From: Takakia lepidozioides
Lineage: Eukaryota > Plantae > Bryophyta
Length of the DNA: 64,000 nt
Reading direction: 5' to 3'
Assembly: GCA_030704615.1 (NCBI GenBank)
Contig: CM060731.1
Span: forward strand, 6,138,001 to 6,202,000
Under the pieces are notes generated by a model. The model made no database searches and was not told the origin of the DNA. It worked only from the letters and a program-made list of their open reading frames with translations. The position numbers and the translations under genes were made by a program. How positions within the stretch are numbered: position 1 is the stretch's first letter; each line of letters starts with the position of its first letter. Below are positions 62,318-64,000 of this stretch, in pieces.

Positions 62318-64000
62318 TCAAAACCGTCTCTTCTCGTAGCTTACTAAGCCGTGCACACCACCCTCTGCCTGTGCTGCTCCCGTCCGCACCTACACAAACA
62401 CTCATTATATCTGCTTTAGACAAACGAGATTGCAGTCTTGTGCAGGGTCCCAGAATGAATCATAATGTATATTGGAACAAAAACTCGGTTGGTCCTCCTT
62501 CTGGGATCAAATTGACGTATACAGCTTACAACAGTGGTGGGGAATGCTCACCTGAAGCCTTATCTCGGCGGGGTTGATATCTTCAATGGATTTGATGCCC
62601 AGGTCTTGGAAGCCTTGCTTAACAGCATGCATGGTATATGGGATAAGTTTTAACACTGAGCCTTTTGCAAGCACAGCCCCTGACACACCTTGGGCGATCT
62701 TAAGAGAAGACTTGTCTCCCAAGTAGCGTGCATCGCTGCCCTTCGCCATTGCTTCCAAGGACCCCATGCCTCTATACTTCTTCAGCCGCTGTCCACCCTG
62801 AAGACGACCATAACCATGTCAATCTCCAAAGATAGACAACCTTCGTGCAAGTGCAATACATGTACGAAGAGAATGTACCTGGGTGAAGAAGTCGCCAGGG
62901 GTCTCATCGGTGCCAGCAAGGAAGCTGCCCATCATGACGGTGGAGGCCCCTAAGGCCAGCGCCTTCACTATGTGCCCCGAGTTGGATATCCCACCGTCAG
63001 CTATGATTGGCACACTGGGCTCGGGCCCCGATTCCAACCTGGCTGCTGCTGCTGTCTTATACACAGCTGACGCCTGCAAGAAACACATCCACCAACTTCT
63101 TCAGGGGGATAAGATGCCAAAGCCAGATGCCCCTGAGAACAACCCAAAAAAGTTTTAAATGGTTTTCCTTGTCTGGTACGCCCTCCCGCCCCTCAGCTGC
63201 TCAACTACATCATCGTCCCCTCTTCGATCACAATATTTGTCACAGACACGATGGGTTTTACAAGTGCCACCGAGGCTCACCAACAGTATGAAACCCTAAA
63301 TTGAAGGTTTACTTGTGAGCTGGTGGGGGAAAAGAGGATATAGTACCTGGCCTCTTCCGACAGCGCAAACCTCCTGAGTTGTGCAAATTGAGCCAGATCC
63401 CATTCCAACACGTAGAGCATCAGCCCCAGCGGCAATTAAATTTCTGGCCTGGTACGTTGTCACCACATTACCACCAATCACCTCCAACTCTGGATGGGCC
63501 CTCTTCACGTAGGCAATCATGTCCCGTTGGTAGACAGAATCTCCTTGGGAACTATCAAGAATCACTACGTTCACACCTGCTTCGACAAGCAACTGTATGC
63601 GCGCCTTATCACCCTCTCTTGTACCTACAGCAGCACCCACGAGGATCTTTCCATCCGAACCAATAGAGGGCGGGCCTAACACAGGAGTATCTTTGTGCGC
63701 CTTTAAATCTGTTCTACAGAGCAGCGCTAAGAACTCTCCAGACTCAGAAACCAGTGGCAACAGGCTCTTCTTACTTTCAATCAAATTTTTTGAGGCCTCT
63801 TCTAGACTGGTGCCAGCAGAAGCTGTGATAAGATCTTTAGTCATCACGTCACGAGCTTCCGTTCTTCGATTCCGGACAAAATCCACATCTCGGCTTGTCA
63901 CAACACCTAAAAGCTTCGAGCCAACCTTCCCATCCTCTGTCACCACCACTGACGAGAATCCCTGCTTCTCTTTCAGTATATCAAGCTCCGAAATAGGGTC
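62318..64000 (-). CDS. IMPDH: Inosine-5'-monophosphate dehydrogenase (5' part lies outside the window)
   Basis: Exons >64000-63346, about 63074-62879, 62797-62552 and 62389-62318. CBS domains, LDSSQG, catalytic [47 protein letters not shown] and EGGVHGL. Confidence 0.96.

Overview
Eukaryotic nuclear DNA, most likely from a non-seed land plant (bryophyte or lycophyte; inferred from the squalene-hopene cyclase, plant-type eIF1/IMPDH/TLC/DOMON-b561 genes and the TE spectrum). Bases 1-41500 are a nest of decayed mobile elements: a Ty3/gypsy element whose integrase ends in a PHD finger; an unclassified ~7-kb module with a divergently oriented protein-kinase pseudogene and a spliced amino-(N6A/N4C)-DNA-methyltransferase-like pseudogene, marked by ATTTCGGCGCCGAAAT palindromes at ~66-bp spacing; a spliced MULE-type DDE/SWIM transposase plus a partial second copy; an endonuclease-bearing Helentron-type Rep/PIF1 fragment; a TnpA-like spliced gene; a 2.2-kb long-TIR element; and L1-type and other LINEs. 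Bases 42000-64000 hold host genes, all on the minus strand: eIF1/SUI1, a bacterial-type squalene-hopene cyclase with no intron in its ORF, a frameshifted DOMON/cytochrome b561 gene, a TLC-domain gene and the 3' part of IMPDH. The best candidate for an undescribed system is the kinase + methyltransferase-like + palindrome-array module at about 4.7-11.7 kb. All family calls come from motif recognition by eye; no searches were run.
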